A stretch of 64,000 nucleotides of DNA from an uncultured Actinomycetes bacterium (GCA_963747395.1 CAVVEX010000016.1:765782-829781), one strand, 5' to 3'. Positions 29,576-39,332 are shown, counted from the stretch's first letter. Translations and numbers: made by a program. The notes: a model not told the origin generated them from the sequence alone.

Positions 29576-30592
29576 ATGTCGGGCGAGTCCCCGATGAATC
29601 CGAGGTCTCCAGTGCGCCTTCGCACTCCACGCCGCCGTACCGCGGCGACCACCGCGACGCTCGTCGCCGCCGCTCTCGCGTTGTCATCGCTGGCCGCGTG
29701 CGGGTCGTCCGGTTCGTCGTCCAAGAAGACCGCCAACGATGTGACGGTAAGCGGCGCGTTCGACAAGCAGCCCACGATCAGCGTCCCGAAAGGCAACCCG
29801 CCTGCGACGACCGACGTCAAGGTGATCAGCCGCGGGTCGGGGCCGGCGCTTCAGATGGGCGACCTCGCGGTGGTCGACGGGTACGGGCGCACCTGGGGCA
29901 GCACGACGCAGTTCGAGAACACCTACACGTCGGACGCCGTTCCTGACACCCTGCCGGTCGGCACCGGCCAAATCCAGCTGACCGGCCTCGACAAAGCGCT
30001 GCTCGGCGTGCCCGCCGGCAGCCGCGTGCTGGTGGTGCTTCCGCCCAAGGAAGGGTTCGGCCTCGTCGCCCAACTGCCGACCGGCGTCAAGAAGACCGAC
30101 ACCGCGGTGCTGGTCTTCGACGTGCTCGCCGGCTATCGCGGCAACGCGGGGCCGTCCGGTCAGCAGGTCAGTTCCGGAGGCGGCGCGCTGCCGACCGTGA
30201 CGAGCAGCAGCCTGACCCAAAAGCCGACGCTGTCCATCCCGAAGACGGCCGCGCCCACGAAGATGTCGGTCACGACGCTCATCAAGGGCGACGGGCCCGC
30301 GGTCGCGAAGGGACAGGAGCTCGTCGTCCAGTACCTCGGCGAGATCTGGGCGTCTGGCAAGGAGTTCGACTCGTCGTGGCAGCGCGGCGCGCCCACCGCG
30401 TTCACGGTCGGCGCCGGACAGCTCATCAAGGCGTGGGATGAGGGGCTTATCGGTGTCCCGGTCGGCAGCCGGGTGTTGATCGTCGCGCCCCCGGACTCCG
30501 CGTATGGTGCGTCGGGACAGCCGAGCGCCGGCATCAGCGGCACCGACACCCTGGTGTTCGTGGTCGACGTTCTCGGCGCGTACAGCGCGTGA
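29576..30592 (+). CDS. FKBP-type peptidyl-prolyl isomerase lipoprotein (two FKBP domains)
   Basis: Lipobox LSSLAACGS. Two FKBP cores (GLDKALLGVPAGSRVLVVLPP; LIKAWDEGLIGVPVGSRVLIVAPP). ATG at 29576 within ORF 29084..30592. Confidence 0.85.
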   Translation: MSGESPMNPRSPVRLRTPRRRTAATTATLVAAALALSSLAACGSSGSSSKKTANDVTVSGAFDKQPTISVPKGNPPATTDVKVISRGSGPALQMGDLAVVDGYGRTWGSTTQFENTYTSDAVPDTLPVGTGQIQLTGLDKALLGVPAGSRVLVVLPPKEGFGLVAQLPTGVKKTDTAVLVFDVLAGYRGNAGPSGQQVSSGGGALPTVTSSSLTQKPTLSIPKTAAPTKMSVTTLIKGDGPAVAKGQELVVQYLGEIWASGKEFDSSWQRGAPTAFTVGAGQLIKAWDEGLIGVPVGSRVLIVAPPDSAYGASGQPSAGISGTDTLVFVVDVLGAYSA

Positions 30593-30648
30593 GAAACCAG
30601 CGCGCGAGAAGAAAGACAGCAGCGCCTCCGGCGCGGGAAGGAACGCAC

Positions 30649-31026
30649 GTGACGCAGCGCGAGAAGCCCGAGGTCGACTTCCCCGAGGGCGAACCGCCAG
30701 CCGACCTGGTGATCGCCGACGAGATCGTCGGGGACGGCGCCGAGGCGACCGCTGGCCATACGGTGCTCGCGCACTACGTCGGCGTCGCGTTCTCCACCGG
30801 CGAGGAGTTCGACAGCTCGTGGAACCGCGGTGAGCCGCTCGCGTTCCCGCTCGGCGCCGGTCGGGTCATCAAGGGCTGGGACCAGGGCCTGCTCGGCATG
30901 CGCGTCGGCGGCCGCCGGCGGCTGACCATCCCGCCGCACCTCGGGTACGGCGACCGAGGCGCCGGGTCGGCGATCGCTCCTGGCGAGACGCTCATCTTCG
31001 TTGTCGATCTGGTCGACGTCGGATAG
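30649..31026 (+). CDS. FKBP-type peptidyl-prolyl cis-trans isomerase
   Basis: HYVGVAFSTGEEFDSSWNRGEPLAFPLGAGRVIKGWDQGLLGMRVGGRRRLTIPPHLGYG. The GTG at 30649 follows GGAAGGA. Confidence 0.85.
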   Translation: MTQREKPEVDFPEGEPPADLVIADEIVGDGAEATAGHTVLAHYVGVAFSTGEEFDSSWNRGEPLAFPLGAGRVIKGWDQGLLGMRVGGRRRLTIPPHLGYGDRGAGSAIAPGETLIFVVDLVDVG

Positions 31027-31083
31027 CGCGCCAGCCGCGCGCAGCTGTTAGACGCCGTTGCGCCCGATGAGGGCCGCCATCGT

Positions 31084-32184
31084 CTAGCAGCCGCCGGACG
31101 TCGGGTTTTCGAGCAGGGACGCCGCGTGGCGGCCGGCGCAGCCGGCGGCCAGGAAGTAGCCCAGGTCTTCGTCGAGTGAGCGACCCATGGTCGACAACCG
31201 CACCGGCGCCGAGCGAAGCGCGTCCAGCATTCCGGCGGCGCTGACCCGGACGATCCGATGCCGGTCGCCCAGCGTCGGCAGGTCAGCCTCGACCGCGCTC
31301 GCCAGCGGCTCGTCGAGCTCGGGCACAACGACGTCGGCGGCCGCCAAGGCGACCCGGCCGTAGGCCGTGCGGCTGTGGTGGCTGATGCCCTGATGTCGGG
31401 TGCGCGGGTCGGCGTCACTGACTCGCAGCGACGCGACCGCGCGCCCACCGAGCGCGACGACCGCGTTGACGGCCTCGCCGGCCGCGACGCCTGAGTACCC
31501 CCAGCGGGTGCCGGTGCCGAGGTTGCCCGGGCCCTGGGCCACGACCACCAGGTCGGCGCGGAGCACGTGTCGGGCGGCCAACAACCCGGTGTGCAAGGTG
31601 ACCGCCTCGACGTCGCCGCCGAAGGCCTGGCCCACGGTCACCGTCGCGTGCAGCCACTCGGCGGCGCGCAGGGCGGCCACCGTGCGCGATAGCCAGAGCG
31701 GCAGCGCCCCGCCGTCCGACATCACGTAGACGACCCGCGCCGGCGGCCGCTCAAGGCGCGACCCGGCGACGACCGCTGGCAGCGCCGAGTGCAGATCGGC
31801 GATGACGACCGGCATGCCCTCGAGGGAGTCGGCGTCGGCCAGCAGCCCGTGGTGCGGCGACTCCTGCGCGTCGACGCCCTGCACGCTGACCTGCTGGGGG
31901 GTGTAACGCGCCTTCACGAGCCGGCCGAGCGCGGGCCCGTCGGGCGGCAGCCGGCCTGGCACCGCGACGACCATCGCGTGGCCGCCGGTGCCGAGCTCGA
32001 GTTCCAGCGCTGCGGTGTTGAGCAGCACCTCGTCGCCCACTTGCGGCGTGCCCACCAGCGGGGGATAGGCGAGCGCGCGGACGGCGCGCCCCTCGACGTC
32101 CGCCGTCAGCTCGACCGTGAGCTCTACGGCGCCGGGCCAAGCGTCGCCGATCACCGTCACGACGCCGCGCCGCCACCTGATCAC
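31084..32184 (-). CDS. DUF3866 family protein
   Basis: MIRWRRGVVTVIGDAWPGAVELTVEL..., 366 aa uninterrupted. Family assignment is from memory of the N-terminal signature. Confidence 0.65.
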   Translation of the reverse strand: MIRWRRGVVTVIGDAWPGAVELTVELTADVEGRAVRALAYPPLVGTPQVGDEVLLNTAALELELGTGGHAMVVAVPGRLPPDGPALGRLVKARYTPQQVSVQGVDAQESPHHGLLADADSLEGMPVVIADLHSALPAVVAGSRLERPPARVVYVMSDGGALPLWLSRTVAALRAAEWLHATVTVGQAFGGDVEAVTLHTGLLAARHVLRADLVVVAQGPGNLGTGTRWGYSGVAAGEAVNAVVALGGRAVASLRVSDADPRTRHQGISHHSRTAYGRVALAAADVVVPELDEPLASAVEADLPTLGDRHRIVRVSAAGMLDALRSAPVRLSTMGRSLDEDLGYFLAAGCAGRHAASLLENPTSGGC

Positions 32185-32249
32185 GACCGCCGACGTTACT
32201 CGATCGTGGCGCGCGACTCGAAGCGACGAAATGCGTTAGCGTCCAACGC

Positions 32250-33209
32250 ATGTCTGCCCGCAAGACCGAACGGTTGCTCAACCTGGTGATCTGCCTGCTG
32301 GCCACCAGGCGGTACCTGTCGGCGGAGCAGATCCGGCACACCGTCGCGGGTTACGAGGAGCTCGCCGACGAGGCGTTCAAGCGCAAGTTCGAACGCGACA
32401 AGGAAGACCTGCGCGACCTCGGCATCCCGCTCGAGACGGGTAGCGACAGCACCTTCGACGACGAGCCGGGCTATCGCATCCGCCGCGACGACTACAGCCT
32501 GCCCGACATCACCTTCGAGCCGGCCGAACTCGCGGTGCTCGGCGTCGCGGCTCGCACCTGGCAGCAGGCCAGCCTCGGGTCGGCGGCGTCCGGAGCGTTG
32601 CTGAAATTGCGCGCGGCGGGCGTCGACATCGACGACGCGGTGCCGGTCGCCATCGAGACGCGGGTGGCCACCAGCGAGCCGGCGTTCGAGTCAGTCCGCC
32701 AGGCCACCGCCGATCGGCGCGCCATCACCTTCGACTACCGCACACCGGGCGCGAAGCGGCACGTCGAACCGTGGGGGTTGGTGTCGTGGCACGGTCGCTG
32801 GTACCTGGTCGGGCACGACCGCGACCGCGGCGAGACGCGGGTTTTCCGGGTGAGCCGCATGGTGGGCGACGCGCGAGCAGTCGGACGACGGGGGGACGTC
32901 GAGGTGCCGGACGGCGTCGACGTCCGGAAGATCGTTTTGCAGATGGTCGAGGACCCGGTGCGGATCAGCGCGACGGTGCTGGTCCGGGAAGGCGCCGCGC
33001 AGGGCATGCGACGGCGGGCCTCGTCGGTGCGGCCGCACGGCGAGGGGTGGGACCGCCTTGAACTTCCGATCGCGCACGCTGAGCGACTCGCCGACGAGGC
33101 CATCGGCTTCGGGCCGGACGTCGTCATCGTCGAACCCGCGGAGGCGAGAGCCGCGGTGCTCACCCGGTTGCGCGTGCTGGCCGGGGCCGTCGATCGGACG
33201 GACGCGTGA
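32250..33209 (+). CDS. pafB: proteasome accessory factor B (HTH-WYL transcriptional regulator)
   Basis: MSARKTERLLNLVICLLATRRYLSAEQIR... and a WYL region ...VEPWGLVSWHGRWYLVGHD. Confidence 0.88.
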   Translation: MSARKTERLLNLVICLLATRRYLSAEQIRHTVAGYEELADEAFKRKFERDKEDLRDLGIPLETGSDSTFDDEPGYRIRRDDYSLPDITFEPAELAVLGVAARTWQQASLGSAASGALLKLRAAGVDIDDAVPVAIETRVATSEPAFESVRQATADRRAITFDYRTPGAKRHVEPWGLVSWHGRWYLVGHDRDRGETRVFRVSRMVGDARAVGRRGDVEVPDGVDVRKIVLQMVEDPVRISATVLVREGAAQGMRRRASSVRPHGEGWDRLELPIAHAERLADEAIGFGPDVVIVEPAEARAAVLTRLRVLAGAVDRTDA

Positions 33210-34184
33210 GCGGCGCGACCGACCAGCTGCCGCGGCTGCTGTCGCTGGTCCCGTACCTGCTGACCCGGCCCGGCGCGAGGCTGTCGGACGTCGCGAAGAC
33301 CTTCGGGGTCAGCCAGGAGCAGCTGTCGCGAGACCTCGAGCTGATCTACATGTGCGGGCTGCCGGGCTATTTCCCCGGCGACCTCATCGAGGTCGACATC
33401 ACCGTCCTCGGGCCGGATCACCGTTAGCAACGCCGACCCGATCGCCAGGCCGCTGCGGCTGTCGCGTGACGAGGCGCTCGCCCTCATCGTCGGATTGCGG
33501 ATGCTGGCCGATTTGCCCGGGCTGCAAGAGCGCGAGGCGGTCGACTCCGCGCTCGCCAAACTCGAGGACGCCGCCGAAGAGGCGGCGGTCGCCAGTTCCG
33601 CGGTGGCCGTGGAGATCGACCCGCCGAACCGGTCGCCCGACACGCTGGCGATCGTCGACCGCGCGCTGCGCGACCGCCGTCGACTGCACCTGACCTACTA
33701 CGTGCCCGCGCGAGACGAGACGACTGAGCGCGACGTCGACCCGATGCGCATGAGCGTCGTCGCGGGGCGCAGCTACCTGGAGGGCTGGTGCCGCTCGGCC
33801 GAGGCTGTCCGGCTGTTCCGCCTCGACCGCATCACCTCGGTGGAGGTGCTAGACCTGCCGGCCGAACCCCCGCCGGAGGCGCAGCCGCGCGACCTCGACG
33901 CCGGCTTGTTCCAGCCCGGCCCGAACGACGTCGCGGTCGAATTGGCGGTCGGGCCGGCCGGCCGCTGGGTGCCCGAGTACTACCCGTGCGAGTCGGTCGA
34001 GGAGCTGCCCGACGGCGAGTTGCTGATCAGGCTGCGCACTCCTGAGACCCGTTGGGTGCGCCGGCTGGCCCTGCGCCTCGCGCCGACCGGCCGAGTCGTC
34101 GCGCCGCCCGAATTGGCGGCCGCGGTGGCGGCCGACGCGGCCGCCGCGCTCGACGCGTACGCGGCTCTCGACCTCGTCGACTAG
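33206..34184 (+). pseudogene. pafC: proteasome accessory factor C (HTH-WYL regulator), one frameshift near 33412
   Basis: Frame 1 (33206..33427) reads DQLPRLLSLVPYLLTRPGARLSDVAKTFGVSQEQLSRDLELIYMCGLPGYFPGDLIEVDITVLGPDHR*. The next frame continues ITVSNADPIARPLRLSRDEALALIVGLRMLADLPG... to 34184. A GTGA overlap with the pafB stop. Confidence 0.85.
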
Positions 34185-34377
34185 CGCCGTCCTCGGTCGC
34201 GGATTGATCGACTGAGCCCGGCATCCCCACACGACGCCGTGCCGGATGGGCCATCCGGGCTACTCGAAAGGGGCCGCACGTGCCTTCAAGAGTTCTCCGC
34301 CCCCCGCCGATGGGTTTCTCGTCGCCGATATTTGGCGGCCCGTCATCGAGGTGATGACGCGGCGGAAGGAGTGGGCA

Positions 34378-34710
34378 ATGACCACGATCAAGGCGACTTG
34401 CCCGACCTGCGGGGAAGTCGAACTCACGGCAGACGACCTGACGCTGATGGTCTGCAACCAGGCCCCGCTCTCGTACTACGCGTTCCGCTGCCCGCGTTGC
34501 GTCGAAGAGGTCCGCAAGCCCGCGGACGATCACATCATCTCGTTGCTGGTCTCCGGCGGCGTCCGCGCCACCAACTGGTCCGTGCCGGCCGAGGCGCTCG
34601 AGTCGCACAACGGCCCCTCGATCAGCTACGACGAGCTGCTCGACTTCGCGCTCGCGATGGAGCGCACCGAGTACCTGGCCGCTCTCGCGGAGCACGCCTT
34701 CCGTTCCTGA
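34378..34710 (+). CDS. hypothetical zinc-ribbon protein (110 aa)
   Basis: The ATG at 34378 follows GGAAGGAG. CPTCGEV...CPRCVEEV gives two CxxC pairs. Confidence 0.6.
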   Translation: MTTIKATCPTCGEVELTADDLTLMVCNQAPLSYYAFRCPRCVEEVRKPADDHIISLLVSGGVRATNWSVPAEALESHNGPSISYDELLDFALAMERTEYLAALAEHAFRS

Positions 34711-34747
34711 CCGCCTCCTGAACTTCGCGGGCGGCCCATGTCCCGCT

Positions 34748-34803
34748 GATCATGCAAATAGGCGCAACCATCGCTTCCGCGGGTTGCGCCTATTTGCATG
34801 ATC
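34748..34803. repeat. perfect 22-bp inverted repeat with a 12-nt loop (strong hairpin; possible terminator or protein-binding site)
   Basis: gatcatgcaaataggcgcaacc (34748-34769), atcgcttccgcg, then ggttgcgcctatttgcatgatc (34782-34803). The arms are exact reverse complements. It is AT-rich relative to its surroundings, has no T-tract after it, and lies 38 nt after the stop at 34710. Confidence 0.85.
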
Positions 34804-34886
34804 ACGCACGGAGGGCCACCGAGGGGACGGGGCGGGGGCCGGGGCGGGGGCAGGGACGCGGCGGGGCGACGTGGTTACATGACCCG

Positions 34887-35087
34887 GTGAGCTTCTTCGG
34901 ATGGGCGCTGGTCTTCATCGGCCTGGGCGTGCTCGCGCTGGTCGTCGTCGGGCTGCTGGGCCTGCGGCTTTGGCGCGCGGCCAAGAAACTGGGCCGGGAG
35001 GCCGCGCGGGCCGGCGACTCGCTCGCCCGGCTCGGCTCGGGCGCGTCGTCCAACCGTGACCTCGACCTCGGGTTCGACACCGAGTGA
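34887..35087 (+). CDS. hypothetical small membrane protein (about 66 aa)
   Basis: One TM helix (FFGWALVFIGLGVLALVVVGLLGL) followed by a basic stretch RLWRAAKKLGREAAR. High GC3. The start is uncertain: GTG at 34887, while the track ORF begins at 34752 inside the hairpin. Confidence 0.4.
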   Translation: MSFFGWALVFIGLGVLALVVVGLLGLRLWRAAKKLGREAARAGDSLARLGSGASSNRDLDLGFDTE

Positions 35088-35191
35088 TTCCGATCTGGTA
35101 ACACCGCGGGCAACGTCGCGGACCGGGTCGCGCGGCGTAGCATGAGGTGTCGGCGTGACAGCCGACGAGCCCACCGTATGGAGACAACGCG

Positions 35192-35590
35192 ATGCGTAAC
35201 CCTGAGATCTGGATCGGCTTGATCATCCTCGGGTTCTTGCTGTTCGGCGCGAAGAAGATGCCAGACGCAGCCCGTGGCCTTGGCCGCTCGATGCGGATCT
35301 TCAAGTCCGAGATCAAGGGGATGCAGGACGACGAGACCGCCCATCAGGCGCAGCAGGGTCAGATCCCCGTCGGCTACCCGCAGCAGCCGTACCAGGCGCC
35401 TCAGGGTCAGCCGGGCTACCAGCAGCCGTACCAGCCGCCTCAGGGCCAGCCGGGCTACCAGCCGCAGCCCGGGCAGCCGGTTTACCAGCAGCCGGCGCAA
35501 CCCGTCTACCAGCAGCAGCCGGCATATCAGCCGCCCGCGCCCGCACCGGTCGTCGACCCAGCGCAGGCCGAGCGCCGCGAGGCGCAGTAG
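35192..35590 (+). CDS. tatA: twin-arginine translocase subunit TatA/E with a long Gln/Pro/Tyr-rich tail
   Basis: [43 protein letters not shown], followed by about 80 aa of [12 protein letters not shown]-type repeats (a 39-bp DNA duplication at 35384-35461). Confidence 0.88.
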   Translation: MRNPEIWIGLIILGFLLFGAKKMPDAARGLGRSMRIFKSEIKGMQDDETAHQAQQGQIPVGYPQQPYQAPQGQPGYQQPYQPPQGQPGYQPQPGQPVYQQPAQPVYQQQPAYQPPAPAPVVDPAQAERREAQ

Positions 35591-35614
35591 TCGTCACCCC
35601 AACCCGGCAATCCC

Positions 35615-36569
35615 ATGGCCCGAATGCGTCGTCCGGCTGACGGGCGGATGTCGCTTGGCGAGCACATCCGCGAGTTGCGTTCGAGGTGCTCAAGAGCGTT
35701 CTCGCGATCGTCGTGGCGAGCGGCGTCGCGTTCGCCTTCTTCAACCCGATCTGGCACTGCTGCGCCGGCCGTACTGTCAGGTGCACCAGAAGAACGCCAT
35801 CGACACCGTGCACGGTTGCGGCACCCTCGTCTTCACGAACGTCTTCGACCCGATCGTCTGGCACTTCAAAGTCGCGTTCATCGCCGGCCTGATCGTCTCG
35901 TCGCCGGTCTGGCTGTATCAGCTGTGGGCGTTTGTGACCCCTGGCCTGCACAAGAAGGAGCGCCGGTACTCGCTGGCCTTCGTCGGCTCGGCGGTGCCGC
36001 TGTTCCTGGCCGGCGCGACGCTCGCGTACTTCGTGATGTCAAAGGGCCTGCAGGTGCTGCTGAACTTCGCGCCTGCAGGCACGACGAGCCTGATCTCGAT
36101 CGACCACTACCTCGGTTATGCGATGGCGATGCTGCTCGTCTTCGGCGGCTCGTTCGTCATCCCGCTGCTGCTGGTGATGCTCAACCGGATGGACATCCTG
36201 AGCTACCAGCGGATGAAGAAGTCGCGGCGGATGGCGATCTTCCTTGCCTTCGTTTTCTCGGCGGTCGCGACGCCGTCCGGCGACCCGATCACGATGCTCG
36301 CATGGGCGTGCCACTGGTGATCCTCCTTGAGATCGCGACGCAGATCGCCCGCGTGCACGACGCCCGCAAGGCGAGGCGAAGCGTCACCCGACTTCTCGAA
36401 CCTCTCGGACGACGAAGCCTCGCCCCTTGACCTCACGCCCGAGGACGCGCACATCGAGCTGAGGCGCACCCGGGGCGCGGTGGAAAGACACGTTCAGCCG
36501 AACCGCCCGGCGTGCCGTCAAGCTGAGACCGGGCGCACGAGTTCGCCGCGGCCGTTCCGCGCCGCGTGA
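35615..36569 (+). pseudogene. tatC: twin-arginine translocase subunit TatC, at least 4 frameshifts
   Basis: The conserved blocks lie in different frames. MSLGEHIRELRSR is in the frame of 35615. LKSVLAIVVASGVAFAFFNPIW is in the frame of 35686. LLRRPYCQV...SPVWLYQLWAFVTPGLHKKERR...ATPSGDPITMLA is in the frame of 35274. MGVPLVILLEIATQIARVHDARKARR is again in the frame of 35615. The 3' end is uncertain. Confidence 0.85.
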
Positions 36570-36603
36570 CCACGCGACCGGGGTGACCGCGTAGCGTGGA
36601 GGG

Positions 36604-39332
36604 GTGTCCAGCCCTGCGCAGCGGTATGCCGCAGCCAAAGCAAGGCGCACGGCGGGCGCCCTCACGTCGTTCGAGTCGCTCTACGACTTCGCGCTCGACC
36701 CGTTCCAGCTCGAGGCGTGCCGCGCGCTCGAAGAGGGGCACGGCGTGCTCGTCGCCGCGCCCACCGGCTCCGGCAAGACGCGTCGTCGGCGAGTTCGCGG
36801 TCCACCTGGCGCTCGCCGAGGGCCGCAAGTGCTTCTACACCACGCCGATCAAGGCGCTGTCGAACCAGAAGTACGCCGACCTGGTCAAGCGCTACGGCGC
36901 CGACACCGTCGGCCTGCTCACCGGCGACAACACGATCAACGGCGAGGCGCCGGTCGTCGTCATGACGACCGAGGTGCTGCGCAACATGCTCTACGCCGGA
37001 TCGCCGACTCTCGTCGGGCCTCGGCTACGTCGTCATGGACGAGGTGCACTACCTCGCCGACCGGTTCCGTGGCGGCGGTCTGGGAAGAGGTCATCATCCA
37101 CCTCCCCGACTCCGTGCGCGCTGGTGTCGCTGTCGGCGACCGTCAGCAACGCCGAGGAGTTCGCCGACTGGCTGGTCACCGTGCGCGGCGAGACGCGGGT
37201 GATCGTCGAGGAGCACCGTCCGGTGCCGCTGTGGCAGCACATGATGGTCGGCCAGCGGATGTACGACCTGTTCACCGTGCGCGACCACGAGCTTCAGCTC
37301 AACCCCGAGCTCAGCCGCGCGCACCGGCGACGAGGAGCGCCGGTCACCGCGGCGTCCAGCGCGCGCGGCGCGCCGCGCGGCCGGTCGCGAGCGACGTCCG
37401 CGCCGGCGTGACACGCCGAGCCGGGTCGACGTCATCGAGCGACTGGACGCCGAGGGGCTGCTGCCCGCGATCACCTTCATCTTCAGCCGCGCCGGCTGCG
37501 AGGGCGCGGTCTTGCAGTGCCTGCGGGCGAATCTTCGGCTCAACACGCCCGCAGAGGCCGACGAGGTCCTGCGCGTCGTCGAGGAGCGCACCGCCGATGA
37601 TCCCCGACGAGGACCTCCACGTGCTCGGCTACCACGAATGGCTGGACGGCCTGCGCCGCGGCATCGCCGCGCACCACGCCGGCATGCTGCCGACCTTCAA
37701 GGAAGTCGTCGAGGAGCTGTTCGTCCGCGGGCTGGTGAAGGCGGTGTTCGCGACGGAGACGCTGGCGCTCGGCATCAACATGCCGGCCCGCACCGTCGTC
37801 CTCGAAAGGCTGGTCAAGTGGAACGGCGAGGCGCACGTCGACGTGACGCCGGGGGAGTACACCCAGCTGACCGGGCGGGCCGGCCGGCGCGGCATCGACG
37901 TCGAGGGCCACGCGGTTGTCATCTGGTCGCACGGCGTCGACCCGGCGGCGTCGCCGGTCTCGCGTCGACGCGGACGTATCCGCTGCGGTCGAGTTTTCGG
38001 CCGTCGTACAACATGGCGGTCAACCTCGTCGGGCAGGTCGGCCGTGACCGCGCGCGCGTGTTGCTCGAGTCGTCGTTCGCCCAGTTCCAAGCCGACCGAG
38101 CGGTCGTCGGCTTGGCCCGGCAGATCCAGAAGAACGAGGAGGCGCTTGAGGGTTATCGCGAGGCGATGACCTGCCACCTCGGCGACTTCGAGGAGTACGC
38201 GCGGCTGCGGCGAAGACTTCCGACGTCGAGGCGGGCGCGGCGCGCAACGCGGCGGCGCTTCGCCGGGCGGCCGCCGCGGCGTCGTTGGAGAAACTGAAGC
38301 CCGGCGACGTGATCCGCGTGCCGGCCGGACGGCGCGCCGGTTTGGCGATCGTCCTCGACCCCGGGCTGCAGTCGCGGCGACGAGGGCCGCGGCCGGTGGT
38401 GCTCACCGAGGAGCGGCAGGTCAAACGCCTGTCCCTGGTGGATTTCCCAAGCCCAGTCGAGGCGATCGAGCGATTGCGAATACCCAAGTCGTTCAACGCG
38501 CGTAACGCCCAAGACCGCCGCGACCTCGCGTCAACATTGCGCTCGCGCGGCCTCGACAGTCGCGACGTGCCCCGCGCGCGCGGCCGCGGAGGTCACTCCG
38601 ACGAGGTGTCGGCCGAGATCGCCGAGCTGCGCGCGCAGCTTCGCGCCCACCCTTGCCACGGCTGCGCCGACCGCGAGCAGCACGCCCGTTGGGCCGAGCG
38701 CTACTGGCGGCTCAAGCGCGACACGGAGTCGCTGCAACAGACGCGTCGAGAACCGCACCAACTCCATCGCCCGGGTGTTCGACCGGGTGTGCGACCTCCT
38801 GCAACATCTGAGATATCTCGATGACGAGACAGTCACCGACGACGGACGACGGCTCGCCCGCATCTACGGCGAGCTGGACCTGCTGGCGGCCGAGTGTCTG
38901 CGGGCCGGCGTCTGGCGGAGTTTGTCGCCGGCCGAGCTCGCGGCGGCCGCCTCCGCGCTGGTGTTCGAGGCGCGCGAGCGCGAGCCGGCGCCAGTGCGGC
39001 TGCCGCGCGGAGTGGTGCCCGAGGTGCTCGACCGGATGAACTCCTTGTGGGAGCGGCTTTCCACCGCCGAGCACGAGCGTCGCCTCGACTTCCTTCGCGA
39101 GCCCGCGCCCGGGTTCGCGTGGGCCGCTTATCGCTGGGCGTCGGGCGCGAGCCTCGATTCGGTGCTCACCGACAACGCCTTGTCGGCAGGCGATTTCGTG
39201 CGCTGGGTGCGACAGTTGCTGGACCTGCTCGGGCAGCTCTCCCAAGCGGCCGACGACGAGGTGGCGGCCATCGCCGACAAGGCGTCGGACGCGCTGCGCC
39301 GCGGCGTGGTGGCCTACTCGTCGGTCGGCTGA
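36604..39332 (+). pseudogene. helY: Ski2-like DEAD/DEAH-box RNA helicase HelY, about 9 frameshifts
   Basis: The blocks AAPTGSGKT, VVGEFAVHLALAEGRKCFYTTPIKALSNQKY, YVVMDEVHYLADRFRG, AVWEEVIIHLPDSVR, LVSLSATVSNAEEF, ITFIFSRAGCEGAV, HHAGMLPTFKEVVEELF...TGRAGRRGID, TYPLRSSFRPSYNMAVNLV, EKLKPGDVIRVP and FDRVCDLLQHLRYLD are colinear but alternate among all three + frames. Confidence 0.88.

Noticed and set aside
35615-39332. Programmed ribosomal frameshifting or transcriptional slippage as an explanation for the tatC/helY frame changes
   Set aside because: There are thirteen events of both signs. They have no shared slippery heptamer or downstream structure. The genes are not known to use recoding.
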